Assembly: GCA_003696155.1 (NCBI GenBank)
Contig: RFFP01000003.1
Location: forward strand, 10,645 to 74,644
Source of the DNA: Acidobacteriota bacterium
GTDB lineage: Bacteria > Aquificota > Aquificia > Aquificales > Aquificaceae
Reading direction: 5' to 3'
Length of the DNA: 64,000 bases
Shown here piece after piece: positions 20,650 to 28,674 of this stretch. The notes below the pieces were generated by a model. That model worked only from the letters and a program-made list of their open reading frames with translations, made no database searches and had not been told where the DNA came from. Numbering within the stretch: position 1 is the stretch's first letter; each line of letters opens with the position of its first letter. The position numbers and the translations under genes were made by a program.

Positions 20650-20716
20650 ACTCTTACCTCCTGGGCTTTGTGGTCCCCGCCTTAGGACGGGAACAAGGTA
20701 ATGGTTTATTATAACA
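20650..20716 (-). promoter_or_regulatory. rpsF promoter (extended -10 TGTTATAAT) plus a ~50-nt structured leader; possible S6:S18 autoregulatory element
   Basis: The minus strand reads TGTTATAAT AAACCATTACCTTGT TCCCGTCCTAAGGCGGGGA CCACAAAGCCC AGGAGGT AAGAGT ATG. It contains an imperfect GC-rich hairpin with a bulge, just before the SD. Confidence 0.35.
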
Positions 20717-20719
20717 TAG

Positions 20720-21040
20720 ATGGACAGAAAAAGGGCAAGGTTTGCCAAACTTCTTATGGAAGAGATAGCCAGTATGGTTCACAGCGAGCTCAAGGACAGA
20801 AGGCTTGAAGGGGTTGTTATCACATGGGTGGAGCTTTCGGAAGACCTAAAGAGGGCAAGGGTTTACTTTACCACCCTTGAGGAAGGCAAGGAGGAGAAAG
20901 CTCAGAACCTTCTAAACTCTGCAGGTCCATACCTGAGGTCCCAGCTCATGAAGAGGTTAAAGGTCAAGAGCGTTCCCGAGCTTCACTTCGTCTTTGATAG
21001 GGAACTCAAAAGGATGGAAAGGATATGGGAGAGGCTGTAG
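20720..21040 (+). CDS. rbfA: ribosome-binding factor A
   Basis: 106 aa. RRLEGVVITWVELSEDLKRARVYF and VPELHFVFD. Confidence 0.9.
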   Translation: MDRKRARFAKLLMEEIASMVHSELKDRRLEGVVITWVELSEDLKRARVYFTTLEEGKEEKAQNLLNSAGPYLRSQLMKRLKVKSVPELHFVFDRELKRMERIWERL

Positions 21041-23271
21041 GTGCAGTTCTCTTGGAGGAGAGCATCTTCAGCCCACAACAGGGTTATGGCAAAGCTCTCT
21101 ATCTGCTTAATGGGGACGGCAAGGTCAGGGAGCTTGAGCTTTTCCCCTCTTCCAGCTTGGATGGCCTTATACCCTATCCTTTACTGAATCCCCTTCAAAC
21201 CCTCTTTTACCATCTTTACGAAGGTGGCAACGCGCTTGTATGCTCTCCTACATCCTCGGGTAAAAGCCTGATAGCCTACCTTTTCATGAAAAAGCACAAG
21301 GGAAGGCTTGTATATACTGCACCTACTAAGTCCCTTGTGGGCGAGAAGGTATTAGAGTTTAGAAGATACTACGGGAAAGATGTGGAGATGAGAACGGGTG
21401 AGAGTCTGTTTAGCTCTTACAGGGATGTAAGGGCTAAGGTTGTGGTGAGCACTTACGAGCACCTGGCGTATGCCTTCAGAAACGGGGCAAGGTGGGTCAA
21501 AGATATAGGTGCTTTGGTTGTGGACGAGGTGCATCAGATAAGTAGAAGGTGGGTAATAGAGGAGATAGTAACCACCTCTTTGGACAGGGGCATACCTCTG
21601 CTCTGCCTTTCCGCAACCCTTCCCGGGTTTGAAGAACTTGGAAGTTGGATAAGGGCGAAACTTGTTATAAACAGCCATTGGAGACCAGTCCCCCTCATAA
21701 GGAAAGTGCACGCCCTCAAAAGCTTCAGCCCAGGAACCAAGGCAGAAGACAGAGAAAGTCTAATCGCTAGCAAACTCCTCTCTGCTGTATTCTCCTTAAG
21801 GGGAAGAGAAGAAAAGGTTTTGGTCTTTGTGCCAAAGAAGAGCCTTGGCTGGAGGCTTCTTGAAATAGCTTCAAAGGAGAGGATCGGCATAATGAACAAA
21901 ACCCTACCCTTTGAAGAGGAGAAGAGAATGGAGCCAGAGATAGCTTTTCACAACGCCGACGTGCCCAAGGAGGAAAGGGAGGAGATAGAAAGGGCTTTCA
22001 GGGGAGGAAACCTCAACATCCTTGTTGCAACCCAGACCTTAGCCTATGGTGTAAACTTACCCGCAGATAGGGCTGTTGTGCTTGTGAAGTTCTTCAGGGA
22101 CAGGGAAGAGCTTAAAAGCATACCCGATAGCCTGGATGTGCTCCAGATGGAGGGAAGGGTGGGGAGGTTGGGCATAAGGGACGTGGGCTATTCGGACCTT
22201 TTGGTGTACGGTGCAAGGGAGGAACAGCTAAACAGAGAGCTCTCTTCAGCCCTACAAAAGCCCTTTACAACAGCGCTAGTGAGCGAAAAGGATCCCACAG
22301 ACGCCATAAGTTTCCTTCTGCTTCTTGGACATGCCTACGAAGGCAGCGACTACAGAAGGTATATTGAAAAGACCTATTCCTTTAGGAAGGTAAGGGAGCG
22401 CCAGCTGCGCAGAGTGGAGAGCCTTTTAGAGAAGGGTGGTTATATAGAGGGTGGCATGATCACGGACAAGGGCCTTTTCTGTCTTAGGAGCGGCATACCA
22501 CCCACTAGGTTTGAGGAGTTTTTGAGAAGGAAGGGTCTAAGCCTTAGCAAGATGGCATGCATAAGGCCCCTTCTTCACCTTAAGAAGTTTGATAGCCTCT
22601 ATTACTTCCTTGAAAGGACAGAAGACTTTAAAGATGACAAAAACCTTATTAGGGGTATGCTCCTTCCCTGTGGAGAGCCCTGCCTTTGGGACAACACGGA
22701 CCAATTCCTATTCTATGTGGAGGGTTTAACCCTTAAATATCCCAACCTTAAAAACCCACCGGGTGAGTTTTCCTACCTTGGTACTGATGCCCTGCACCTT
22801 CTTAGGAACCTTGTGGACATGGACAGACAGGGTTTTTATCCCATGAATAGAGAAGATATGCTTCAGATAGCCCATTCGGTCAAATACGGCATACCGCCCG
22901 AGTACGCAACCCTTGGTGGTGTAAAGGGGATAGGACATATAAGGGCAAACCTACTGAGGATGGTTCTTGAAAAATGCTCTTTAAAGCCACCAAAGGTAGG
23001 AGAGCCTACTGAAAAGCTCTTGGATACTATGAGCACGGAGGCATGGGAACTTCTTTACGAGAAGCTGAGGCTTTTGAGAAGACTCTCCGAAGAGATGGCA
23101 AGGGAGGAGCTCCAGAGGATAAAGAAGGTTCTTTCAAACAACAGGAGGGGCTATCTGGTGGACGATAAAATATTGCTTGCCTTCGGTCTTTTCCTCATGG
23201 GTGAGAGGGCTCTGAGGTTAAAGAAGGCAGAGCTTCTGGAGGAGCTACTTTGGAGCTCGCAAGACCTGTAG
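21025..23271 (+). CDS. superfamily-2 DEAD/DEAH helicase, Hel308/Ski2-like architecture
   Basis: 748 aa. Motif I SPTSSGKS, motif II VVDEVH, motif III LSATLPG, motif VI QMEGRVGRLG. These are followed by a winged-helix-like region (LEKGGYIEGGMITDKGLF), a helical ratchet-like region and an HhH-like GGVKGIGHIRANLL. Confidence 0.8.
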   Translation: MGEAVGAVLLEESIFSPQQGYGKALYLLNGDGKVRELELFPSSSLDGLIPYPLLNPLQTLFYHLYEGGNALVCSPTSSGKSLIAYLFMKKHKGRLVYTAPTKSLVGEKVLEFRRYYGKDVEMRTGESLFSSYRDVRAKVVVSTYEHLAYAFRNGARWVKDIGALVVDEVHQISRRWVIEEIVTTSLDRGIPLLCLSATLPGFEELGSWIRAKLVINSHWRPVPLIRKVHALKSFSPGTKAEDRESLIASKLLSAVFSLRGREEKVLVFVPKKSLGWRLLEIASKERIGIMNKTLPFEEEKRMEPEIAFHNADVPKEEREEIERAFRGGNLNILVATQTLAYGVNLPADRAVVLVKFFRDREELKSIPDSLDVLQMEGRVGRLGIRDVGYSDLLVYGAREEQLNRELSSALQKPFTTALVSEKDPTDAISFLLLLGHAYEGSDYRRYIEKTYSFRKVRERQLRRVESLLEKGGYIEGGMITDKGLFCLRSGIPPTRFEEFLRRKGLSLSKMACIRPLLHLKKFDSLYYFLERTEDFKDDKNLIRGMLLPCGEPCLWDNTDQFLFYVEGLTLKYPNLKNPPGEFSYLGTDALHLLRNLVDMDRQGFYPMNREDMLQIAHSVKYGIPPEYATLGGVKGIGHIRANLLRMVLEKCSLKPPKVGEPTEKLLDTMSTEAWELLYEKLRLLRRLSEEMAREELQRIKKVLSNNRRGYLVDDKILLAFGLFLMGERALRLKKAELLEELLWSSQDL

Positions 23272-23816
23272 TGGCGGTGCTATACTCAAAGGAGGAAAAG
23301 CTCAAGGATCTTATCGGTGAGCTGTCTATAAGGGAAGTCTCTCAGTCTTTCCTTTTTCCAAATCTCCAAAGGTACTACTCCAAGGAGATGGGTGGAGAGC
23401 TTTACAAGGTCTTTCTATGTCTTGACGGGTTTATGCAGAAGGAAGACCTTAAGGAATTCAAGCTCTGGAGCCTTGAGAAAGAGAAGGAGTTTTCTAAGGA
23501 AGGCAGAAGAACCTTGAACATAGACCCGGGTTATGTGGATGAAAGCCACCTGGTGCTCGCCTCATCCAAAAAAAGAGGAGGGAGGCTTTACTTGGGTGAG
23601 GGGGTTTATGCGGAGATAGAATACCTCTACCTATACGGTGGTTTTAGACCGCTTTACTGGACCTATTGGGACTACAGGGATAGGAGGGTAAGGGAGTTTT
23701 TTCAAAAGGTTAGAGAGAACTATCTTAAAAACCTAAACCTTGCATGGAAGGGAGAGGAGTTTGTACTCTACAGGTTTTCCAAGGATAAAGTCCACAAGGA
23801 AGTCAAGGCTTGGTGA
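23250..23816 (+). CDS. conserved hypothetical protein (possibly DUF4416 family)
   Basis: 188 aa. LNIDPGYVDESHLVLASSKK...GEGVYAEIEY resembles what I recall of DUF4416. It overlaps the helicase by 22 nt and convergently overlaps murI by 84 nt. Confidence 0.45.
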   Translation: MELARPVVAVLYSKEEKLKDLIGELSIREVSQSFLFPNLQRYYSKEMGGELYKVFLCLDGFMQKEDLKEFKLWSLEKEKEFSKEGRRTLNIDPGYVDESHLVLASSKKRGGRLYLGEGVYAEIEYLYLYGGFRPLYWTYWDYRDRRVREFFQKVRENYLKNLNLAWKGEEFVLYRFSKDKVHKEVKAW

Positions 23817-24503
23817 GCGGTCTGTGAAGTAGAGCTCAAGGGAAGAGGAGCCCACTTCCTCCACTATGGGCTCCAGTTCTTTAGCTACACACTCTGCAGA
23901 GTCTACCACATCTATACCTTTCCCCATATACTCCTCTATAATGGGCTTTAGGAGTGGGTAGTGGGTACATCCAAGTATGAGCGTGTCTATGCCCGAAGAC
24001 TTGAGCTCTTTAAGGTAGTGTTCAACAACCCTTTTTGCTATCTCACCTTCCACTATACCCTCCTCTACCAAGGGCACAAAGAGAGGGCAGGCCTTTTGAA
24101 AAACCTCTACTCCATATTCTCTAAACATCCTCTCATAGGAACCGCTGCTTATGGTTGCTTTTGTGCCTATGACTCCAACTCTGCCCTTTACTGTGCTCTT
24201 CAAAGCTCTTTTTACGCCAGGCTCTACCACACCAAAGATAGGGAGGCTAAAATGCTCTCTGAGGGCTTCAAGGGCATAGGAACTTGCCGTATTGCACGCG
24301 ACCACGATTAGGTCTACACCTTCATTGTAAAGAAACTCCGCACATTCTAAGCTGTAGCGTATCACAGTCTGTGAGGACTTGTCACCGTAGGGAACTCTTG
24401 CAGTGTCCCCAAGGTAAAGAAGGTCAACAGAAGGGAACCGCTCCCTTATGGCTTTTAGGACTGTCAAACCGCCCACACCAGAGTCAAAGACGCCTATTTT
24501 CAT
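23733..24503 (-). CDS. murI: glutamate racemase
   Basis: 256 aa. MKIGVFDSGVGGLTV, VVACNTAS, GCTHYPLL. It appears collinear to its very C-terminus with the Aquifex MurI sequence as I recall it. Confidence 0.93.
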   Translation of the reverse strand: MKIGVFDSGVGGLTVLKAIRERFPSVDLLYLGDTARVPYGDKSSQTVIRYSLECAEFLYNEGVDLIVVACNTASSYALEALREHFSLPIFGVVEPGVKRALKSTVKGRVGVIGTKATISSGSYERMFREYGVEVFQKACPLFVPLVEEGIVEGEIAKRVVEHYLKELKSSGIDTLILGCTHYPLLKPIIEEYMGKGIDVVDSAECVAKELEPIVEEVGSSSLELYFTDRSPSLDFLVDFILGKPVEYKLLSLPCKV

Positions 24504-24526
24504 GATTCTTTCATCCTGCGGTTTGT

Positions 24527-24534
24527 ATTATAAT
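24527..24534. promoter_or_regulatory. palindromic ATTATAAT: a shared, bidirectional -10 box for divergent murI and cytochrome c552
   Basis: ATTATAAT is its own reverse complement, so it reads TATAAT on both strands. On the + side it is followed by a 28-nt leader with a GGAGGT SD (24551-24556) before ATG 24563. On the - side it is followed by a 23-nt leader containing AGGATGA before ATG 24503. Confidence 0.45.
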
Positions 24535-24562
24535 AAAAGAAACTCGTAAAGGAGGTAGAAAA

Positions 24563-24865
24563 ATGAAGAGAGTGGCTATCGCCCTTGCTATGGTAGTAGG
24601 TTTTGCGGGAGCATCCCTTGCCAGTGAACAGCTGGCAAAGCAAAAGGGTTGCATGGCCTGTCACGACATGAAGGCTAAGAAGGTAGGACCTGCCTATACT
24701 GACATAGCCAAGAAGTATGCAGGTAGAGCTGATGCGGTGGACTACCTTGCTGGAAAGATAAAGAAGGGTGGTGCAGGCGTTTGGGGAAGCGTACCCATGC
24801 CACCCCAGAACGTAACCGACGCGGAGGCAAAACAGCTCGCCCAGTGGGTTATGTCTGTTAAGTAA
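24563..24865 (+). CDS. cytochrome c-552 (small soluble class I c-type cytochrome)
   Basis: 100 aa with a signal peptide. The mature part, EQLAKQKGCMACHDMKAKKVGPAY...GVWGSVPMPPQNVTDAEAKQLAQW, has one CxxCH and a Met ligand region. From memory it differs from H. thermophilus c-552 at only a handful of positions. Confidence 0.9.
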   Translation: MKRVAIALAMVVGFAGASLASEQLAKQKGCMACHDMKAKKVGPAYTDIAKKYAGRADAVDYLAGKIKKGGAGVWGSVPMPPQNVTDAEAKQLAQWVMSVK

Positions 24866-24879
24866 AACCTACGGGGGCT

Positions 24880-25239
24880 TTATGCCCCCTCTAAAGGATT
24901 ACATCTGTTTATATTTCCAAAGCATTTGGGACAAAGGTCAAAAAAGACCTGAAGGCCAAGACCTCCGAGCATCATGTTCACTTGGGTTATAACCAGGTTT
25001 TCCTGCCTTTCAGGAAGCACCTGATACCTTTCCAGGCTTAGCCCGCAGAGAGTTTGTCCTTCTCCTTCACCCATCTTATGAAACTGAAAGACAAGCCTTT
25101 TCGTTCTTCTACACTTCATCCACTTTGGATTCAGGTCAAGTAGGACAAAGTTTATCTTTAGGTTTGGGTCAACGATCTGGGCTTTTTCCATCAACCTCTC
25201 AAACCTTTCTTTCTCCGTCATAGTTAAGAACCTCCTCAA
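24880..25239 (-). CDS. hypothetical small protein (104-119 aa)
   Basis: ORF directly downstream of ispG on the same strand. M1 overlaps ispG by 41 nt. The internal start MEKAQIV at 25191 removes the overlap. The C-terminus has CPKC...C. I recognise no family. Confidence 0.4.
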   Translation of the reverse strand: MRRFLTMTEKERFERLMEKAQIVDPNLKINFVLLDLNPKWMKCRRTKRLVFQFHKMGEGEGQTLCGLSLERYQVLPERQENLVITQVNMMLGGLGLQVFFDLCPKCFGNINRCNPLEGA

Positions 25240-26269
25240 GGAGGGCCTGAGCCATCTCCTTTTCTTTCACCTTTCTTATAGGTTTGCCATCTTTGAAGAG
25301 CCATGCAAAACCCCTTCCACAAGCAAGCCCAAGGTTCGCCTCCTTTGCCTCACCTATGGCGTTTACCACACAGCCCATTATGGCAACCTTTAAAGGCTTG
25401 TTTAACCCTTTGAGCTTTTCTTCCACATCCTTGACCACCTTGGGCAGGTCTACTTCTATACGCCCGCAGGTGGGGCATGCTATTATCTCTATCCCCCTTC
25501 TTCTTAACCCAAGGGACTGGAGTATGGCGTAGGCGGTCTCCACCTCCACCTGTGGATCATCGGTGAGGGACACCCTAACCGTGTCCCCTATCCCCTTGTA
25601 CAGTAGCACTCCTATACCCACGGAGGACTTCACCATACCCTTAAGACCCATGCCCGCCTCTGTTATGCCTATGTGGAGGGGTATGTCTGTGTGCTCTGCA
25701 AAGAGCTCGTTAGCCCTTATGTTTTGGAGCACGTCCGAGCCCTTTATAGAGACCTTGAAGTTGTAAAAGCCCCACTTTTCGAACTTTTCAGACCAACGTA
25801 TGGCGCTTTCAAAAAGAGCCTCTGCACTTGGATATCCGTACTTTTCCAAAAGATCCTTCTCCAGGGAGCCCGAGTTTACCCCTATTCTTATGGCTACCTT
25901 TTTTAACTTTGCCTCTTCAACTATCTCCTTAACTATCCCCTCCTTCCCTATGTTTCCCGGGTTTATCCTTATGCCGTGCACACCCTTTTCCATAGACCTA
26001 AGGGCATAGGACGGTGCAAAGTGTATGTCCGCTATTACGGGTATGGGAGAGTTTTTCACAATGTCTGGAAGAGCTTCAAGGTCCTCCTCATGTGGCACTG
26101 CAACCCTTACGAGCTCACATCCAGCTTTTACGAGTCTATTTACCTGATGTAAGGTCTCTTCCACCCTATGGGTTTTGGTAGAGGTCATGGACTGAACTAC
26201 TATTGGGGCATCACCCCCGACCTTTATCCATCCAACCTCAATTTGACGTGTCTTTCTGCGCTTTATCAT
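25199..26269 (-). CDS. ispG: 4-hydroxy-3-methylbut-2-enyl diphosphate synthase
   Basis: 356 aa. VQSMT, IIACPTCGRIEVDL, MGCVVNAIGE. Confidence 0.93.
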   Translation of the reverse strand: MIKRRKTRQIEVGWIKVGGDAPIVVQSMTSTKTHRVEETLHQVNRLVKAGCELVRVAVPHEEDLEALPDIVKNSPIPVIADIHFAPSYALRSMEKGVHGIRINPGNIGKEGIVKEIVEEAKLKKVAIRIGVNSGSLEKDLLEKYGYPSAEALFESAIRWSEKFEKWGFYNFKVSIKGSDVLQNIRANELFAEHTDIPLHIGITEAGMGLKGMVKSSVGIGVLLYKGIGDTVRVSLTDDPQVEVETAYAILQSLGLRRRGIEIIACPTCGRIEVDLPKVVKDVEEKLKGLNKPLKVAIMGCVVNAIGEAKEANLGLACGRGFAWLFKDGKPIRKVKEKEMAQALLEEVLNYDGERKV

Positions 26270-27255
26270 GAGAGCTCCAGCATCCTAAGTATGGGCCTCT
26301 TTGCCCTTTCTATTATGTCCTCGGGTAATGTCACCTCGTTGAGCTCTTCTTTCAGGGTTTGGTAAACTTTGGGTAGGGTTATACCCTTCATGGTACAGCA
26401 GTAAACGGTTCCGCAATAGTTCATAGACTCGGGAAATATGTACTCTTTGCTCGGGTTTTTCTTCATCAGGGTATGCTTTAGCCCCACCTCGGTTATCACT
26501 ATGACCCTCTTTGCATCGCACGCGGTGGCGTAGTTTATTATCTGAGAGGTTGAACCTACAAAGTCTGCAAGCTCTATAACCTTTGGATGGCATTCAGGAT
26601 GGACTGCCACCTTGGCATCTGGATATAGCTCCTTGAGCTTCTGCACCTCCCTCGCGGTAAACTCAAAGTGGGGTGGACAAAAGCCCTGCCATATGACAAA
26701 CTCCTTATCGGGCACATGCCTTTTTACCCAGTTTCCAAGTGCCTGGTCAGGCACAAAGATGACCTTTTTACTTTGGAGCTTTTGGACTATCCTTATGGCG
26801 TTGGCGGAGGTGACGCATACATCGGAGACCGCTTTTACGTCCGCGTTGGTGTTTACGTAAGCCACCACCTCACAATCGGGATGTTCCTCCCTTAACCTTA
26901 AAACGTCCTTTGCGGTTATCATGTCCGCCATAGGACAGCCCGACTCTGGGTTTGGATGGAGGACCTTCTTGGTAGGGTTTACTATCTTTGCGGTCTCGCA
27001 CATGAACCTAACACCGCAGAAAACTATGATATCTGCCTCCGTTTGGGAAGCCCTGCGTGAGAGCTCCAATGAATCTCCCACAAAGTCCGCTATGTCCTGC
27101 ACCTCTGGTCTCTGGTAGTAGTGGGCAAGTATGACCGCATTCTTCTCCCTTGCGAGCCTTCTTATCTCCTCTTGAAGCTTCCCTATGTCCTGCTGGGTGA
27201 GCTCTTGGTCTTTTGCAAGCTCCAGGGTAACCATGCTAATAGAATATATACCCAC
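26266..27255 (-). CDS. nadA: quinolinate synthase
   Basis: 329 aa. AVILAHYYQ and three repeated-domain Cys ligands. The start is either GTG 27255 or ATG 27234, and neither has a clear SD. Confidence 0.9.
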   Translation of the reverse strand: MGIYSISMVTLELAKDQELTQQDIGKLQEEIRRLAREKNAVILAHYYQRPEVQDIADFVGDSLELSRRASQTEADIIVFCGVRFMCETAKIVNPTKKVLHPNPESGCPMADMITAKDVLRLREEHPDCEVVAYVNTNADVKAVSDVCVTSANAIRIVQKLQSKKVIFVPDQALGNWVKRHVPDKEFVIWQGFCPPHFEFTAREVQKLKELYPDAKVAVHPECHPKVIELADFVGSTSQIINYATACDAKRVIVITEVGLKHTLMKKNPSKEYIFPESMNYCGTVYCCTMKGITLPKVYQTLKEELNEVTLPEDIIERAKRPILRMLELS

Positions 27256-27293
27256 CCGCTAGTTTCCATATGAGGTTGAATATAATCTAAGGT

Positions 27294-27581
27294 GTGGGGT
27301 TTTTACTTCTCAGGATTTTCTTACGTGAAGATATGGCAGTGGAGAGGTTGGTAGAGCTTTTAAGAGAAAAAGGTATAATGGGCGCCACTGTCTTAAAGGC
27401 TATCATGGGTTACGGAATAACAGGTTATAGGTTTGAGGGCATAGAGGTGCTCTCCCACTCCTTGCCCCTGCTCGTAGAGGTTTTGGAGGAGGAGAGTAAG
27501 GTTATGAACCTACTAGAGTCGCTAAAGGAGCACCTTAAAGGCTGTTTTATAACCCTCAAGGAGGTGGAACTCTGCTTTTAG
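27294..27581 (+). CDS. DUF190 (UPF0166) protein, copy 1
   Basis: 95 aa from GTG. LLLRIFLRED...GIMGATVLKAIMGYG fits the DUF190 N-terminal pattern. It sits immediately upstream of crcB. Confidence 0.7.
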   Translation: MGFLLLRIFLREDMAVERLVELLREKGIMGATVLKAIMGYGITGYRFEGIEVLSHSLPLLVEVLEEESKVMNLLESLKEHLKGCFITLKEVELCF

Positions 27582-27595
27582 TCTTAGCCGTAGCG

Positions 27596-27946
27596 ATGGG
27601 TGGAGCCATAGGGGCTGTTCTCAGATTTCTACTTTCAAAGCATGTGCAAAAGCTCAGCGGTGTGGAGTTTCCCTTTGGAACCCTGGTGGTAAACCTAAGC
27701 TCTGCCTTCCTTATAGGCTTCTTCTTTTCGTACTTAGTGGAAGGTATGAACCTTAAGCCCAGTATGAGGGCTTTGCTAATAACTGGCCTTTTGGGTGGCT
27801 ACTCCACCTATTCTACCCTTTTTTGGGAGGCCTACTACATGCTAATTAACGGAGAACTTTACAGGTTTCTTTTTTATCTTTCCCTTAGCAATTTACTCGG
27901 TATCCTTTTTGTATGGCTTGGCTACAGTCTTGGGAGGGTCCTATGA
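27596..27946 (+). CDS. crcB: fluoride ion channel CrcB/FluC
   Basis: 116 aa from ATG, 4 TM segments. GGAIGAVLRF and TGLLGGYSTYST motifs. The in-frame upstream codons encode TLLLVLAVA with no ATG, GTG or TTG. A CTG at 27572 sits 5 nt after GGAGGTG, so the real start may be non-canonical. Confidence 0.85.
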   Translation: MGGAIGAVLRFLLSKHVQKLSGVEFPFGTLVVNLSSAFLIGFFFSYLVEGMNLKPSMRALLITGLLGGYSTYSTLFWEAYYMLINGELYRFLFYLSLSNLLGILFVWLGYSLGRVL

Positions 27947-28266
27947 GGGTTGAAGAAGCTCTCCTGCTTAGGCTTTTTTTCGGCGAAGGGGATAAGCACA
28001 AGGGTAAACCTCTATACAAGTACATAGTGGAGCTCTGTAGGGAGAAGGGGATAGCGGGTGCTACCGTCTTTAGGGGTGTGCTGGGATATGGCAAGTCTTC
28101 TGTTATTCACGGTGGCGGTGTGTTAAGACTTTCTTCAGACCTGCCCATTGTGGTAGAGGTAATAGACAGTGAAGATAAGATAAGGGAGATCCTGCCAGAG
28201 CTTTCGAGCCTTGTTAAAGACAGAATTGTAACCTTAGAAAGGGTGAGAGTAATAAGGCTGGATTAA
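27943..28266 (+). CDS. DUF190 (UPF0166) protein, copy 2
   Basis: MRVEEALLLRLFFGEGDKHKGKPLYKYIVELCREKGIAGATVFRGVLGYG. ATG 27943 overlaps the crcB stop (ATGA). Confidence 0.75.
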   Translation: MRVEEALLLRLFFGEGDKHKGKPLYKYIVELCREKGIAGATVFRGVLGYGKSSVIHGGGVLRLSSDLPIVVEVIDSEDKIREILPELSSLVKDRIVTLERVRVIRLD

Positions 28267-28318
28267 GGTAGCCACTCGATGTATATTTTAAGAGTATACC
28301 TTAAACAGGAGGTAGGGA

Positions 28319-28630
28319 ATGGGTATTTACGTCATGCTTACAAAGATATCACCTTACGCGGTTAAGAACTTGGAAAAGCTTAAGGAGATTGAACAGCATG
28401 CGGAAAAACTTATAGAAGAGAACTGTCCAAACGTTAGGTGGTTAATGAACCTTGTAGTCTTTGGTCCCTACGACTATCTTGATGTCTTCGAGGCACCCAA
28501 CGACGAGGAGGCGGCCAAGGTTGCTATGATAATTAGGTCCTTTGGTCATGCAACCACAGAAACATGGCCTGCCATAGAGTGGAAGGACTTCAAAGCCATC
28601 ATCGAAAAGATAAAGATAGATTACAGTTGA
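28319..28630 (+). CDS. GYD-domain protein
   Basis: 103 aa. VFGPYDYLDVFEAPNDEEAAKVAMIIRSFGHATTET matches the GYD family pattern. AGGAGGT SD upstream. Confidence 0.7.
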   Translation: MGIYVMLTKISPYAVKNLEKLKEIEQHAEKLIEENCPNVRWLMNLVVFGPYDYLDVFEAPNDEEAAKVAMIIRSFGHATTETWPAIEWKDFKAIIEKIKIDYS

Positions 28631-28674
28631 GAGATTTCTCTTAGCTTCATCTTTCGTGTAAACTCTATTAAGTT

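Noticed and set aside
27256-27293. Possible fluoride riboswitch upstream of the DUF190-crcB cassette
   Set aside because: The region is only 38 nt and lacks the conserved GGCGAUG / CUGAUG...CUAC core. It looks like a plain AT-rich promoter (TTGAATATAAT).
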